Numbered from the stretch's first letter, positions 1 to 11,446 are shown. The stretch is DNA of 64,000 nucleotides from an uncultured Gemmatimonadales bacterium (GCA_963716255.1 OY970303.1:3584001-3648000), one strand, 5' to 3'. Notes: generated by a model from the letters alone, not told the origin. A program made the numbers and translations.

Positions 1-1184
1 GAGGCGACCGCGGGGAGCGCCTCCTCGTCCAGGTACCGCCAGCGGTCGCCACGCGCGACCACCTTGCGGACCGGCTTGTCCGGCAGGTCGCCGTCCGCGT
101 CGAAGGAGAACACGCCCGTCACCCCCGGCCACCCCCGGGTGCCGTGCAGCGCCTCGGCGATCCGCTCCGGGGTGGGCTTTACGGCGCGGCGCATGGCCTG
201 CGCGAGCACCTGCACCGCGTCGTAGCCCAGCGCCGCGGCGGCGTCCGGCGGGGTGCCGAAGCGCTCCCGGAACGCCGCGACGAAGCGGCGCACCTCCGGG
301 CGGCGGTCCTCGGGGTGGAAGGCGGCCGCGACCACCGTCCCGTCCACCGCGTTCCCCCCCACGGTGAACAGGTCGGGGATCCCCATGGCGTCGCTCCCCA
401 GCACCGGGACCGTGATCCCGGCCCGGCGCAGCTCCGCGATGAACACCGCCGCGTGCGGCACCTCGCCGGCCACGAACACCGCGTCCAGCTGAAGCGGCCG
501 CCACTCCAGGGCGGTCTGCTCGGCGGCGCGGTGGCCGCCCTCGGCGTTGGGGTCGTACGACTGGCGCGCCGCCACCCCGATCCCCAGCTCGTCCGCCCGC
601 TCCTCGAAGGCGTTGGCCAGGCTTCGCCCGTACGGGTTGCGGACGTAGTAGATGGCCACCTGACGGTACCCGCGGTGGGCGGCGTATTCGGCCATCTGCC
701 GTCCGGCCTGTCCGTCGGTGAAGGTGGCCCGGAACACCCGCCGGTAGCCGCGGCGGGTCAGCTCGGGATCGGTGGAGGCCGGGGCCACCACCGGGATCCC
801 GGCCAGGTCGTAGACCGCCGCCGCGGGGACGGTCACGTACGACTGCAGGTGGCCGATGACGGCCACCACGTCGGGGTTCTTGGCGAAACGCTGCGCCACC
901 AGGCTCCCCTCGTCCACCGACTCCCGGTCGTCCTCCCGCAGGATGCGCAGCGGGCGCCCGTGGATCCCGCCTGAGCGGTTGACCTCCTCCACGGCCAGGT
1001 CCACTCCCTGACCGTAGAGCAGCTGCTTCCGGGCCTCCCAGGGCCAGGCGGCGCCCACCACCAGGTCGCCGGTGCCGCTCTCCGCCCGGCGGACGCGCTC
1101 GCTGGACGGGTCGCGGTCCCGGGAGCAGGACGCGCCCGCGAGGGCGAGGAGGGCCAGGACGGCGAGTGTGCGAGGGGCGCGCAT
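1..1184 (-). CDS. LivK/Peripla_BP-type ABC substrate-binding lipoprotein (3' end runs off the window)
   Basis: Not in the ORF track. Manual translation from ATG at 1184: MRAPRTLAVLALLALAGASC...GVDLAVEEVNRSGGIHGRPLRILREDD...VVAVIGHLQS...AALGYDAVQVLAQA...GVTGVFSFDADGD, typical of branched-chain amino acid-binding proteins. Starts 20 bp after the upstream stop. Confidence 0.85.
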   Translation of the reverse strand, partial: MRAPRTLAVLALLALAGASCSRDRDPSSERVRRAESGTGDLVVGAAWPWEARKQLLYGQGVDLAVEEVNRSGGIHGRPLRILREDDRESVDEGSLVAQRFAKNPDVVAVIGHLQSYVTVPAAAVYDLAGIPVVAPASTDPELTRRGYRRVFRATFTDGQAGRQMAEYAAHRGYRQVAIYYVRNPYGRSLANAFEERADELGIGVAARQSYDPNAEGGHRAAEQTALEWRPLQLDAVFVAGEVPHAAVFIAELRRAGITVPVLGSDAMGIPDLFTVGGNAVDGTVVAAAFHPEDRRPEVRRFVAAFRERFGTPPDAAAALGYDAVQVLAQAMRRAVKPTPERIAEALHGTRGWPGVTGVFSFDADGDLPDKPVRKVVARGDRWRYLDEEALPAVA

Positions 1185-1204
1185 GGCGATTCCGGGGTGG
1201 GCGT

Positions 1205-4126
1205 TCAGGCCAGCTGCCGGCGGGCCAGCTCGGCGAAGGGGCCGGCCTCCCGCATCAGCGCGTCGTAGCTCCCGGTCTGCACGATGCGGCCGCCCTGCAC
1301 CACGCAGATGCGGTCGGCGTCCACGATGGTGCTCAGCCGGTGGGCGATCACCAGCCGGGTGGACTGCAGCCGGGAGAGCGAGTCGCCGACCACCGCCTGG
1401 GTGCGGTTGTCCAGGGCGCTGGTGGCCTCGTCGAAGAGGAGGATGCGGGGGCGGGTGACGACGGCGCGGGCGATCAGGAGCCGCTGCCGCTGGCCGCCGG
1501 AAAGGGTGCTCCCCCCCTCGCTGATCACGGTGTGCATTCCCATGGGCATGGCGCGCACGTCCTCGTCCAGCCCCGCCATACGCGCCGCCTCCCAGGCATC
1601 GTCCAGGGTGCACAGCGACGAGCCCACGATGTTGCTGAAGATGTCGCCGGGCATGAGCCGGCCGTTCTGGAGCACCACGCCCACCTGGCGGCGCACGGAC
1701 AGCACGTCCAGCCCTCCCAGCTCCTGCCCGTCGAAGTACACGGAGCCGGATTCGGGCGTCTCGAATCCCAGGAGGAGGCGCAGTAGCGTGGACTTGCCGG
1801 AGCCGGAGGCGCCCACCAGCGCGACGAACTCCCCCGGCCGCACGTGCAGCGAGAGCCCGTCCAGCACGTTCGGTCCGTCGCCGCCGTAGCGGAAACGAAG
1901 GTGCTGCACCTCGATCTCCCCCGACAGCGTCCCCGGGTCCGCCCGGCCCGAGTCGGACTCCGGCGCGGCGAGCAGGATGGGGCTGGCGTTCTCGTAGTGG
2001 GGGACCACGGCGAGCGCCCCCACCAGCGCCGAGCTGGTGGCGACCATGGCGCCCATCAGGGCGGAGAACGCGGCGAGAAAGGCCAGCAGGTCGCCGGTGC
2101 GCAGGGCGGCCTCGCCGGACGGGGCCTCCAGGCGGCCGGAGGCCGCGGCGAAGATCACCAGCGAGGCCACCACGGGGAAGGCGGCGTTGAAGGCGGCCAG
2201 CCCCGCGCCGATGCGCCGCACCGCGAAGCGCAGGCGCCGCTGCTCGGCGAAGCGGCGTGCCCACATCCCGAACGCCTGCACCTCGGCCCCGGCCACGCGC
2301 AGCTTGGAGATCCCGGTGAGGAACTGGAGCACCATCCCCGAGTTCTCCGCCTGCCTGCGCGACAGCTGGCGCTGGTGCCGGAGCTGGAGCCAGCCGGCCC
2401 CCGCGGTGACGGCGAGCGCCACGGCCACCAGCAGCGTGGCCCACCCGGCCAGCACGGTGTCGTAGGCGAAGAGGATGGCGAAGTTGAAGACGGAGAAGAT
2501 GACGCCCAGGAGAGCGGTGACGGTGGTCCCGGACAGGATCTGGCGGATGGCGTCGATCCCCATGGCGCGCTCGGCCAGGTTGCCCGCGGTGTACCCGCGG
2601 AAGAAGCCCACGGGGAGCGTCAGCAGGCGGTCCCACACGGCGGCCTGGAGGGTGGCGCTCATCCTCCCCTCGATGCGGATGAGCGCCACGGACCGCGTGA
2701 GATGCAGGAGGGCCATGGCCACGGTGACCGCCAGGAGGAGCGAGGTGACCTGCAGGAGCTGCCCGCGCTCCGACTCCGGGAGGATGGAGTTGAAGATCAC
2801 CCCCACGGCCACGGGGATGAGCGCGGCGAGCGCCCCCCCGGCGATCCCCATCGCCACCACCGTGAGCAGGTCGCGCCCGCTCGCCCACGCCCCGAAGCGG
2901 AGCACGGCGGCGAGGCCCAGGGGCGTCTCGGGGAAGGGACGGTAGAAGGTGTGGGCGAAGGCGGCCAGGGTGGACGCCAGCGCGGCGTCCACCGGGGTCC
3001 GGGTGCGCTCCGCCGGGTCGCAGACCACGTACCCCCCGCCGCGGACGGGGAGGATTGCGACCGGGCGCCGCCCCTCCTCAAGCGTGGCCAGCAGCGGGCC
3101 CGAATCCGTGGTCCACCAGCCGTCGCGCAGGAGCACGCGGCGGGTGCGCAGCCGCGAGGCGCGGGCGATTGCGTCCAGCGGGCTGCGGCTGCCCGCCGTG
3201 ACGGCGGAGGCGGCGCGCACCTCCACGCCCAGCGCGTCGCCCACCAGGCGTGCCGCGGCGAACAGCGCGTCCTCGCCGCCGGGCTCGGCGGCGCGCAGCC
3301 GCATCCCGGGAGCGTCGCGCACCTCCGGGTCCAGGGTGGCGGCCAGCCGCACGCAGGAGCCGTGCAGGGTGTCGCGGTCCAGCGCCGCCCTGCGGCGGGC
3401 GCGCTCCCGCTCGGCTTCCGCCGCCGCCTCTCCCGCGTGGCGCGCGTGGGTGAGCACCAGCCGGTGCAGCCGCTCCACGCCGGCCCAGGCTTCCTCGGAC
3501 GAGGGGACGCCCGCCGCCACCAGCCGCGCCCCCTCCGGCGTCTCCAGCCAGGCGCGCCGGGACACCGGGAGCCACCCGTCGCCGTTCACCCGCAGCCCGG
3601 GGTGGCCCAGCAGCAGCGAGCTTCCCTCCGCGTGGCGCACCCAGGCGATCCCGTGCGCGGGCCGGAAGACGGCCCCCGCGGGGAGCGCTTCCTCGCAGTC
3701 CCCCTCCAGGTCGCGGCAATGCTTGGGAGCCAGCTCCGGGGCGATCCCGCCGCAGAGCGAGGCTGCCCATCCCTCCAGCAGGATGGCCGCCTCCGCTTCC
3801 CGGCCCGGCTCGCGCAGCCGCCCCCGCGGGAGCGCGAGCAGCCGCGTCCCCGGGGCACCCACGGCCAGGAGCGCCGCCTCGCCCGCCCCGGCCCCGGCGA
3901 GCAGCGGCTCCCCCGGCATCACCCGGCACAGGTGCCTCCGCGCTCCCACGACCTCGCCGTCCCGGACCCGCACCGCGAACACGTCGATCCGTCCCGAAGC
4001 CACCAGCCACGCCCCGTCCCCTTCCAGGAGGAAGGCACGGTCGGCGCCCGCTTCGCGGAGCACGCCCTCGCGCGCGAACAGGCCGCCCTCCGCGAGGAGG
4101 CCCGCCTCCGCGGCCGGGGCGCTCAC
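1205..4126 (-). CDS. NHLP bacteriocin/RiPP export ABC transporter permease/ATPase (peptidase-inactive partner)
   Basis: TM domain, Walker [30 protein letters not shown]; degenerate C39-like region ([12 protein letters not shown]); N-terminal extension; adjacent to the C39 transporter. Confidence 0.9.
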   Translation of the reverse strand: MSAPAAEAGLLAEGGLFAREGVLREAGADRAFLLEGDGAWLVASGRIDVFAVRVRDGEVVGARRHLCRVMPGEPLLAGAGAGEAALLAVGAPGTRLLALPRGRLREPGREAEAAILLEGWAASLCGGIAPELAPKHCRDLEGDCEEALPAGAVFRPAHGIAWVRHAEGSSLLLGHPGLRVNGDGWLPVSRRAWLETPEGARLVAAGVPSSEEAWAGVERLHRLVLTHARHAGEAAAEAERERARRRAALDRDTLHGSCVRLAATLDPEVRDAPGMRLRAAEPGGEDALFAAARLVGDALGVEVRAASAVTAGSRSPLDAIARASRLRTRRVLLRDGWWTTDSGPLLATLEEGRRPVAILPVRGGGYVVCDPAERTRTPVDAALASTLAAFAHTFYRPFPETPLGLAAVLRFGAWASGRDLLTVVAMGIAGGALAALIPVAVGVIFNSILPESERGQLLQVTSLLLAVTVAMALLHLTRSVALIRIEGRMSATLQAAVWDRLLTLPVGFFRGYTAGNLAERAMGIDAIRQILSGTTVTALLGVIFSVFNFAILFAYDTVLAGWATLLVAVALAVTAGAGWLQLRHQRQLSRRQAENSGMVLQFLTGISKLRVAGAEVQAFGMWARRFAEQRRLRFAVRRIGAGLAAFNAAFPVVASLVIFAAASGRLEAPSGEAALRTGDLLAFLAAFSALMGAMVATSSALVGALAVVPHYENASPILLAAPESDSGRADPGTLSGEIEVQHLRFRYGGDGPNVLDGLSLHVRPGEFVALVGASGSGKSTLLRLLLGFETPESGSVYFDGQELGGLDVLSVRRQVGVVLQNGRLMPGDIFSNIVGSSLCTLDDAWEAARMAGLDEDVRAMPMGMHTVISEGGSTLSGGQRQRLLIARAVVTRPRILLFDEATSALDNRTQAVVGDSLSRLQSTRLVIAHRLSTIVDADRICVVQGGRIVQTGSYDALMREAGPFAELARRQLA

Positions 4127-6363
4127 TCCGCCTCCATCAGGCGGGCGTACGGCCCCGGCACGGCCATCATCTCGTCGTGCGTGCCGCGCTGCACGATCCT
4201 GCCGCGCTCCAGCACGACGATCTCGTCACAGTCGCGGATGGTGCTCAGGCGGTGGGCGACGATCAGGCAGGTGCAGCCGCGGCGGCGCAGGTGGTCGTCC
4301 ACGGCCTGCTCGGTGGCGGGGTCCAGCGCGCTGGTCGCCTCGTCCAGCACCAGCACGGTGGGGTTGCCCACCAGCGCGCGGGCGATCTCCAGCCGCTGCC
4401 GCTGTCCGCCGCTGAAGTTGCGTCCCGCCTCCTCCACCGCTCCCGCGTACCCGCCGGCGCGCGCCGTAACTTCCTCGTGGATGCAGGCGTCGCGCGCCGC
4501 CGCCACCAGCTGCGCCTCCGGGACGGTGGGGTCCCACAGCGTCAGGTTGTCGCGCACCGTTCCCTCGAACAGGAAGATGTCCTGGTCCACGAAGGCCAGC
4601 GACGCGTCCAGCGTCCGCCGCGGCACGGAGGCGCGGGGCCGCCCGTCGAAGAGCACCTCGCCCGTCCACGGCTCGTACAGGCCGCACACCAGCCGGGCGA
4701 TGGTGGACTTGCCGCACCCGGAGCCGCCCACCAGCGCCACCCGGCTCCCGGGCCGCAGCTCCAGCTCCAGCTCCTCGATGAGCGGCGGGTCCAGCGGCGA
4801 GAAGCCGAAGGACACCCCGCGCAGCTCCAGGCGCCCCGTGAGCTTCGCCTCCCGGTTGCCGTCCTCCTCCTCCCCGTCTCCCGGCGTCCGGGGATCACGC
4901 TCGGCGCCCATCACGTCGTCCAGCCGGCTCATGTCGCCGCGCACCTCCTGCACGGTGCTCCCCAGCTCCACCAGGCGGTTGACGGGGGCGAGAAAGGCGA
5001 GCATCAGCGCCTGGAAGGCGATGAGCATGCCCATGCTCAGGTGGCCGTCCATCACCCGCATCCCCCCGATCCCCAGGAGGAGGACCGTGCTCACCGACAG
5101 GAGGAAGGGAGGGACGACCGAGAGGAGCTGCGTGTGGAGGGCGAGCTCCTGCTGCGCGTTCAGCACCTTGGCCTGGTAGCCGGACCAGCGCGCGAAGAAG
5201 TCCGACTCGGAGCCGGTGGCCTTGAGCGTCTCGATGGTCTGCAGCCCCCCCATCGCCGTGCCCATCAGCTTGCCCCGGTCCTGCAGCATGCGCCGGCTCA
5301 GGTCCACGCGGCGCCGCGACACGTAGCGCAGCGCCGCCAGGTTGAGGGCCGCGGCCGTGACGCCCAGCAGGGTGAGCACCCGGTCGTACTGGACCATCAC
5401 GGCCGCGTAGAAGGCCACCGCCACCAGGTTGAGCAGGCTGGTGGCGAGGTCGCCCGAGAGGAGCTGCGCGACGCGGTCGTTGATGGCCACGCGCGAGCCG
5501 ATCTCCCCCGCGAAGCGCTGGGTGAAGAAGCCGATGGGAAGGTGGAGGACGTGCCAGAAGAAGCGCGCGGAGGTGGAGAGCGCGAGCTTGGTCTCCAGCC
5601 GGAGCAGGTACCACTGCTGCAGCCAGGTGAGCGCTCCGAAGAGCAGCGCCGCGGCGGCCATGGCGAGCAGGAGCGGCCGGACCCAGGTGTGCAGCCCCGC
5701 CACCAGGACGTCGTCCACGAACACCCGCGAAAAGGTGGGTACCACCAGCCCCGGGAGCACCAGCCCCAGCCCCACCAGCACCACGAAGAGCAGGGCGAGA
5801 CGCGAGCCCCTCAGCCGGCTCCGCAGCGCCTTCAGAAGGCCGGGCGCCTCCCCACCTCTCACGAAGGCGTCGCCGCGCTCGAAGACCAGCGCCACTCCGG
5901 TGAACGCCTGGTCCAGCTCCGCCTCGGACACCGAGCGCGGGCCGGTGGCGGGGTCGTTGAGGTGTGCCCGCCCCTTGCGGAACCCCTCCAGCACCACGAA
6001 GTGGTTGAAGTTCCAGTGCAGGATCATGGGCACGGGGAGCGCCCGGAGCGCCTCCGGCTCCTTCTTCACCCCCTTCGCGACCAGCCCGTAGCGGCGCGCC
6101 GCCTTGACGACGTTGCTGGCCTTGCTGCCGTCGCGCGACACCCCGCAGGCGACCCTCAGCTCCTCCAGCGGCACCGTGCGGCCGTGGTGGGCGAGGACCA
6201 TGGCGAGCGCGGCGGCGCCGCACTCCACCGCCTCCATCTGCAGCACGGTGGGGACGCGCACCCGCCGCGGCGCGGGAGCCGCCGCGGCGGCCACCCGGAG
6301 GAAGGGGATGCGGGTGCGGAGCCGCTCCGTCCCGCCCGCCGCCGGCGCGGTGCCCACGCTCAT
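4123..6363 (-). CDS. NHLP-family peptidase-containing ABC transporter (C39 peptidase/permease/ATPase)
   Basis: [18 protein letters not shown] (catalytic Cys), [27 protein letters not shown]. Confidence 0.95.
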   Translation of the reverse strand: MSVGTAPAAGGTERLRTRIPFLRVAAAAAPAPRRVRVPTVLQMEAVECGAAALAMVLAHHGRTVPLEELRVACGVSRDGSKASNVVKAARRYGLVAKGVKKEPEALRALPVPMILHWNFNHFVVLEGFRKGRAHLNDPATGPRSVSEAELDQAFTGVALVFERGDAFVRGGEAPGLLKALRSRLRGSRLALLFVVLVGLGLVLPGLVVPTFSRVFVDDVLVAGLHTWVRPLLLAMAAAALLFGALTWLQQWYLLRLETKLALSTSARFFWHVLHLPIGFFTQRFAGEIGSRVAINDRVAQLLSGDLATSLLNLVAVAFYAAVMVQYDRVLTLLGVTAAALNLAALRYVSRRRVDLSRRMLQDRGKLMGTAMGGLQTIETLKATGSESDFFARWSGYQAKVLNAQQELALHTQLLSVVPPFLLSVSTVLLLGIGGMRVMDGHLSMGMLIAFQALMLAFLAPVNRLVELGSTVQEVRGDMSRLDDVMGAERDPRTPGDGEEEDGNREAKLTGRLELRGVSFGFSPLDPPLIEELELELRPGSRVALVGGSGCGKSTIARLVCGLYEPWTGEVLFDGRPRASVPRRTLDASLAFVDQDIFLFEGTVRDNLTLWDPTVPEAQLVAAARDACIHEEVTARAGGYAGAVEEAGRNFSGGQRQRLEIARALVGNPTVLVLDEATSALDPATEQAVDDHLRRRGCTCLIVAHRLSTIRDCDEIVVLERGRIVQRGTHDEMMAVPGPYARLMEAE

Positions 6364-6373
6364 CGCCTCGCCC

Positions 6374-7633
6374 TCACAGCCCGGCCGAGCGGCGGAAGAC
6401 GGGGAGCACCAGCTCCAGCGGCCGCCGCTCCTCCAGGGTGATGTACGCCGCGCACAGGGTGCCGCTGCGGATCTCCGTGGGCGGCCCGGCCGGCGACGAC
6501 CAGCGGTAGCGGCTGCGCGTGTCCGGGTCGGGGATCAGGTCGGCGTGCACCTCGTACGGAGCGCCGCCGCCGGAGAGCGCGGTGACCAGGGCGTCGTTCT
6601 TGAGGGTGCGCGCCATCCCCTGCGCGGTGGCCGGAAAGTCGGACACGTAGGTGACGGTGCCCAGGAGAAAGCCGTGCTCCTCCTGCCGCACGGTGGACGG
6701 GGAGATCTGGATCCGCATCCCCGGGCGGATCTTCTTTCCCTCGGTGGAGGCCACGTACAGCACCGCTTCCAGGTTCTTGACGGTCTTCCCCGTCAGGTCC
6801 AGGCGCAGCACCGGCTCGCCCCGGTCGATGACGCGCCCCTGCTCGGTCATGATCTCCAGCACCCGCCCGGTGTAGGGCGACACCACCTGCGAGGTGCGCT
6901 GCAGCTCCGCCTCCTGCCGCCCGACGGCGCGCTCCGCCTCCTCGATCCGCAGGCGGCCGGCCAGGATCTCCTGGCGCTTCTTCTCGCGCAGCGCCAGCTG
7001 GTCCACGGCGTTCTGCTGGAGCTGGTTGCGGTTGGCGCGCACGTCCCGCTGCGACACGTCGTACTGCTGGCGCGTGGTGAGCAGCGTCTGGCGCGTGAGC
7101 AGCCCCTGCGCCACCAGCCGCTCCTGGTTGGCGATCTTTTCCCGCATCCAGCGCAGCTCCTCCTCGCCGGCGCGGATCGCCTCCCCCAGGTCGTCGCGCT
7201 GCTGGGCGAGGTACTCCGTCTGCATGCGCACTTCGCGGCTCCCGAACTCCTCCACCTGACGCTGCTGGATGCGCAGGTCCGCCAGCGCGGCGCGCGATTC
7301 GGCCAGCGCCGCCAGCAGGTCCGGCTGGGCGACGCGCGCCACCACCTGGCCCTCGCTCACCTGCTCGCCCACCCGCACGGCCACGTCTTCCACCCGGCCG
7401 CTCCCCAGCGGCACCACCTCGAAGACGCCGCCGGAGCGAACCAGGATCCCCTGCCCCGTGGCCTTTTCGGGGATGCTCCCCACCACCCCCCACACCACGG
7501 CCGCGCCCAGCAGCACGCCCAGGGCGGCAAAGGTGATCCAGCTGCGGGGGGTGGTGACCTGGATGAGCTGGTCCAGCTGCTCGGGGGAGGCGAGGCGCTC
7601 CAGCGACACCTTCCGGAACACGTTGCTCTGCAT
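6374..7633 (-). CDS. NHLP bacteriocin system secretion protein (HlyD-family membrane fusion protein)
   Basis: Characteristic N-terminus [19 protein letters not shown], one TM segment, coiled coil, C-terminal YRWSS...SGTLC. Confidence 0.93.
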   Translation of the reverse strand: MQSNVFRKVSLERLASPEQLDQLIQVTTPRSWITFAALGVLLGAAVVWGVVGSIPEKATGQGILVRSGGVFEVVPLGSGRVEDVAVRVGEQVSEGQVVARVAQPDLLAALAESRAALADLRIQQRQVEEFGSREVRMQTEYLAQQRDDLGEAIRAGEEELRWMREKIANQERLVAQGLLTRQTLLTTRQQYDVSQRDVRANRNQLQQNAVDQLALREKKRQEILAGRLRIEEAERAVGRQEAELQRTSQVVSPYTGRVLEIMTEQGRVIDRGEPVLRLDLTGKTVKNLEAVLYVASTEGKKIRPGMRIQISPSTVRQEEHGFLLGTVTYVSDFPATAQGMARTLKNDALVTALSGGGAPYEVHADLIPDPDTRSRYRWSSPAGPPTEIRSGTLCAAYITLEERRPLELVLPVFRRSAGL

Positions 7634-7645
7634 GCCTGGTGACGT

Positions 7646-9214
7646 TCAGGTGCCGTCCGGACGGGGAGCGGTGGTCAGGGCTTCCAGGCTGGCCAGAGGG
7701 GTCTCGCCGTCGAATTCCACCAGCGTGCCGCTCTCGTAGCGGAGGCGCGCCACGGCCTGCGCGTGACGGAGCCGCGCCCCGATCTGCTGCACGCGCGCGC
7801 TCGTGAGCCCGTCCTCCGCCTGCAGCACCTCGAACAGGGTGGACATTCCCAGCCGGAACTTCTCCTTCTCGCTGGCCAGCGAGGTGACGTACAGCGCGGC
7901 CGCCTCCTCCGAGATCGCCAGCTCCTGCCGGCTGTGCTCGGCCGCGGATGCGGCCACCCGCACCGCCGACTCCACCTCGCGGATCAGCTCCCCGGCGGCC
8001 AGGCCGCTCTGCGCCAGCAGGGCGCGCCGCTGCGCGGCCCGGCCCCGTGCGGCCCGGTCCATGGCGCCGGGCGTGTAGCTCACCTCCAGCCCCGCGCTCC
8101 ACCCGGAAAGGTTTCCGTAGAAGGGCTGGATGAGACGTCCCACGCCGTTGCCGGGGAGCGCGCCGGTGTATCCGAGGTCGGCGCTGACTTCCATCCGCGA
8201 GCGCAGCTCGTCCTCCCCCCCGCGCGCCAGCAGCTCCGCGCTCCGCCGGTCCTCGAGCGCGGCGGCCAGGTCGGCGCGGCGCGCCTGCGCCCGCGCCGCG
8301 AGGGCCCCGGCGTCGATGGGATGGGAGTCCCCGCCCGCCGGGACCGGGAAGCCGGTGCCGGGCTGGGGAAGCGCCTCGATGCGATGCACCGGGAGCCCCA
8401 GGACGAGCCCCAGCCGGTGCCTCGCCGCCACCACCTCCTGCTCCGCGGCGACCCGCGTGGCCGTGCGCGAAGCCAGGTTGGCGAGGAGCGGATTGAGGTC
8501 GCTGGGGGGGCGCTCTTCCGCCTGCACCAGCACCCGTGTCTCCTCCACCAGCCGGCGTGCCCGCTGCTCCGACTCCGCGTAGACCCCCAGGCGTTCTGCC
8601 GCGGCCAGGTAGTCCCAGTACGCCGCCACCGCGGCGAGCACCGCTTCCGCCGCGGCGTGGCGCAGCCGCTGGAGCGCCGCGCGGTGCGTACCCTCCGCGG
8701 CCCGCTCCCCCAGCGCGCCCACCCGGCCGCTTCCCCGCAGCAGCGGCAGAGTCGCGCTCACCCCGGCGCGCGCCGTGTTGCTGGCACCCGCGCCGAACGC
8801 GGATCCACCCAGGCGCGTGCCCTGGATCTCCGGCGCCACCGTGAGCCCCCAGCGAAAGCGCTTGGCCAGCGCGGCGCCGTACGTGGAGGACGTTTCCAGC
8901 ACGTCCGTGGGGGCGCCGCCCTCCCCCGTCACGTCGAAGGCACTTTCCCGCGCGCTTCCCACGAACGTCCGCAGCTGCGGGTCGAAGGCCGCCCCGGCCA
9001 CGAGCACGCCGCCCCGGCTGGCGTCCACCTCCTGACGGGCCATCTCGATGCGCGGGCCGGAGGCGAGCGCGAGGCGCACCGTCTCCAGCAGGCCGAGCGA
9101 GTCCTCGCGCGTCGCCTGGGCGCCCAGGCGCGAGGGGAGGAGCAGGGCGAGGACGAGGAGCACCCGCCGCGCACGCCTGGACCGCCTGGCGAGAACCGTA
9201 TCCATCTCCTGCAT
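7646..9214 (-). CDS. TolC-family outer membrane efflux protein
   Basis: Signal peptide, helical OEP repeats (AYWDYL; EKEKFRLGMSTLFEVLQAE), next to HlyD and ABC genes. Confidence 0.88.
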   Translation of the reverse strand: MQEMDTVLARRSRRARRVLLVLALLLPSRLGAQATREDSLGLLETVRLALASGPRIEMARQEVDASRGGVLVAGAAFDPQLRTFVGSARESAFDVTGEGGAPTDVLETSSTYGAALAKRFRWGLTVAPEIQGTRLGGSAFGAGASNTARAGVSATLPLLRGSGRVGALGERAAEGTHRAALQRLRHAAAEAVLAAVAAYWDYLAAAERLGVYAESEQRARRLVEETRVLVQAEERPPSDLNPLLANLASRTATRVAAEQEVVAARHRLGLVLGLPVHRIEALPQPGTGFPVPAGGDSHPIDAGALAARAQARRADLAAALEDRRSAELLARGGEDELRSRMEVSADLGYTGALPGNGVGRLIQPFYGNLSGWSAGLEVSYTPGAMDRAARGRAAQRRALLAQSGLAAGELIREVESAVRVAASAAEHSRQELAISEEAAALYVTSLASEKEKFRLGMSTLFEVLQAEDGLTSARVQQIGARLRHAQAVARLRYESGTLVEFDGETPLASLEALTTAPRPDGT

Positions 9215-9340
9215 ACTCTGGCCTGTGAGGTGCGCTGACAGGGACGTTCCCGCGGGCCGCGGGCATGGCTCCGTTCGCTGTGCGGGCCCGGACGGGTGAC
9301 CCTCCGCCCGTCCGGGATCTCGCGGGGAACTCCTGCGGCC

Positions 9341-9667
9341 TCAGGGAGACGGGGTGGGGGAAGGCGGCGGAGGCTGGGCCGGGTCCTCCCACACGGGGTC
9401 GACCCCACCCGCTACGGCGTCCAGCTCCTCCTCGGAAAGCTCCTCGGCCGGACCTGAATCCGGGAGGAGCACGTCCAGCTCCGCGCCCCGTTCCACGAAC
9501 CGGACCGTGAACCCGGCCGGCAGCTCGATGCCGAGCACGTCGCGCAGCGTGCCGCGCGGCTCGTCCAGCAGCCCGCGCCGGAAGACGGGATCGGCCGCGG
9601 CACGGGAAAGGACCGGCTGCCAGCGGGCGCGTCCCGCCTCCCACGAATCCTGCTTGCCTGACGACAT
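9341..9667 (-). CDS. NHLP-leader RiPP precursor (108 aa); core VDPVWEDPAQPPPPSPTPSP
   Basis: GGAGGT RBS before ATG 9667; nitrile-hydratase-like leader (RAAADPVFRRGLLDEPRGTL...LLP...ELSEEELDAVAGG). Confidence 0.9.
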   Translation of the reverse strand: MSSGKQDSWEAGRARWQPVLSRAAADPVFRRGLLDEPRGTLRDVLGIELPAGFTVRFVERGAELDVLLPDSGPAEELSEEELDAVAGGVDPVWEDPAQPPPPSPTPSP

Positions 9668-9718
9668 GGATACCTCCGGCGGGGTTGGGCCAGCCCGATG
9701 CTGCGAGAGGACGCAGAG

Positions 9719-9734
9719 GGCAATCGGCATACCC
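9719..9734 (-). promoter_or_regulatory. Putative sigma54 (-24/-12) promoter of the NHLP precursor/export operon
   Basis: Minus strand GGGTATGCCGATTGCC = GG-N10-GC with TTGC, about 50 bp upstream of ATG 9667. Confidence 0.5.
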
Positions 9735-9879
9735 GCCACGGGTGGGACGCGCCGCGGACGCAGCCCTGCGCGGGGCATGTGTTTACGCGCCGCGCGAGCC
9801 CCGGCGGCGTGGGCGGCGGTCGAGCGTGGCCTCTACTTGTAGAGCCCACGCTCGATTCCGCGTCGTGCCGGAGCGAGAC

Positions 9880-10053
9880 TCAGGCGCACCCGGCCGCGGG
9901 GGCGCGCTCCTCGCGCCCATCGACGAGCGTCGCCGTTCCCATCCAGATGCGGGCGAGTCCTCCCGCCACCTCGTCGAGGTCGGCGTCGGAGATCTCGTCG
10001 TCCGCGCGGGCGGCGGGGCGGGGGTCAGACTGCGGCTGCAGCTTCTCGTCCAT
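9880..10053 (-). CDS. Short double-glycine RiPP precursor (57 aa), not in the ORF track
   Basis: Manual translation MDEKLQPQSDPRPAARADDEISDADLDEVAGG|LARIWMGTATLVDGREERAPAAGCA; GGAGAAG RBS upstream. Confidence 0.85.
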   Translation of the reverse strand: MDEKLQPQSDPRPAARADDEISDADLDEVAGGLARIWMGTATLVDGREERAPAAGCA

Positions 10054-11170
10054 TGTTGTGCTTCTCCGCCGGTTGAAGGGTCCTCCGCGGGTAGAACCCG
10101 CTGAAGGCGCACAGGTACGCCTTGGCCTGGGGGGTACGGCCCTCCTCGTACACGAGCTTGACGTGGTTCACGCGGCGCTTCACCAGGCTGGGCCACAGCT
10201 CGTGCGCGAAGTCCTCGAACGAGTAGCCGGGCCAGGCGAGCAGGCCGTCCCGCTTCGCCGCGGTGCAGAGCCCCAGCTCCACCAGGCGGTCCAGGAACCC
10301 GGTTTCGTGCAGCCGCCCGCGGATCTGGCCGCCCCGCTCCAGCACGTACTCCAGCCCGATGCGCGGCTGCACCGCGTCCCCGTCGACGTCCAGGTGGAGC
10401 ATCCCCGGGCCGGGGTGCAGGCGCCGGCCGTCCGCGGTGCCGGTTTCCCGGAGAAAGTGGTGCAGCGCGCGCGGGTCGCCCGACCAGCCGACGCGCGCGA
10501 GGTAGCCGGGGAGCGCGTCCTCGCCGATCCCCACCACGCAGACGCGGACCGCGTCCGTGCCGCGTGGCGCGAAGGAGCCCAGGTAGGAGACGTAGGCCCC
10601 GGCCCGGAGCTCTTCGGCGCACCGGCGTATCGCCTGGACGCGGACCGGGTCCGGAGAGATCCCCGGCAGGGCCGCGAGCACACTTTCCAGCCCGCGTTCC
10701 GATGCGGAGGGGGCCGACGGCTCCAGCTTGACAAACACCCCCGGTAGCGGGACGTCCTCCGTCTCGTGCTCGCCGGGCGTGTCGAACTCCAGCCACACGC
10801 CCCGGACGCTGCCGGAGAGAGGCGAGCTGGGGTCGGCCCAGCGCGCGCAGAGCTGCCGCACCTGCTCCCAGAACGGGTGGTCGCGCAGCCGCCGCGGCAG
10901 GTGGACGGCCGGGTTCGCGCCTGCCAGGATCGAGCGGCCCCGCTCGTCCACCTGGACCACCAGGTCCACGCGCGCGTCCACGGACAGGCGGCACTCCAGG
11001 TAGATGCCGTGCGTCAGGCCCGCCGGCAGGTCGCTGCAGCCGGCGGCGAGGCGGTGGAACGCCTGCTCCGGGACCAGGCTGGGGAGCACGGGGTGAACCG
11101 CGTCCAGCATCCCGGAAAGCGGAGACTGGATGCCGGTGGTGTCGGCGTGCCGTTCAGCGGCGCTCTCCAT
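10025..11170 (-). CDS. Uncharacterised RiPP-cluster protein with YLECRL / VWLEFD / HVKL...AKAYL motifs; candidate tailoring enzyme
   Basis: Real-looking ORF (likely start ATG 11170; alternative 11284) between precursor genes. Function not assignable by eye. Confidence 0.7.
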   Translation of the reverse strand: MESAAERHADTTGIQSPLSGMLDAVHPVLPSLVPEQAFHRLAAGCSDLPAGLTHGIYLECRLSVDARVDLVVQVDERGRSILAGANPAVHLPRRLRDHPFWEQVRQLCARWADPSSPLSGSVRGVWLEFDTPGEHETEDVPLPGVFVKLEPSAPSASERGLESVLAALPGISPDPVRVQAIRRCAEELRAGAYVSYLGSFAPRGTDAVRVCVVGIGEDALPGYLARVGWSGDPRALHHFLRETGTADGRRLHPGPGMLHLDVDGDAVQPRIGLEYVLERGGQIRGRLHETGFLDRLVELGLCTAAKRDGLLAWPGYSFEDFAHELWPSLVKRRVNHVKLVYEEGRTPQAKAYLCAFSGFYPRRTLQPAEKHNNGREAAAAV

Positions 11171-11446
11171 CCGAATCGTTCCCTGTCCAGCATGCCGGCG
11201 GCTGGCCGACGGATCTACCCGCCGGCCAGCTGCGGTAGTTCGCCGGCTCGTGGGGCTCTGCCACGTCCCGTACGGCTCCATCATCTTCTGTTGCCTTTCT
11301 GTTCACTCCACTGCCGAACACGCCGAAGGTATTGCCACCAGCCACATTCTCGAGGGTTCGTCATCGAGCCGGCCGGCGTCGAAGTCGTCGGTATCGAGCC
11401 TGACCAACTTCTCGTCCTCCGAGCGCCGGTGTTCGTTCGATGCCGT
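11154..11446 (-). pseudogene. Degenerate paralogue of the Cys-containing precursor at 11603-11782
   Basis: Reads (ACG)ASNEHRRSEDEKLVRLDTDDFDAGRLDDE, then a 1-nt frameshift at ~11355, then LENVAGGNTFGVFGSGVN; aligns with SDEHKQPEHEELVNLNADNLDADQLDEQDLEDVAGGGDCGTFSCGTY. Confidence 0.7.

Noticed and set aside
1844..9644. Very long alternative ORFs (1844-5179 +, 4177-6441 +, 6360-9644 -)
   Set aside because: Antisense or off-frame shadows of real high-GC genes; Arg/Gly/Pro-rich with no motifs.
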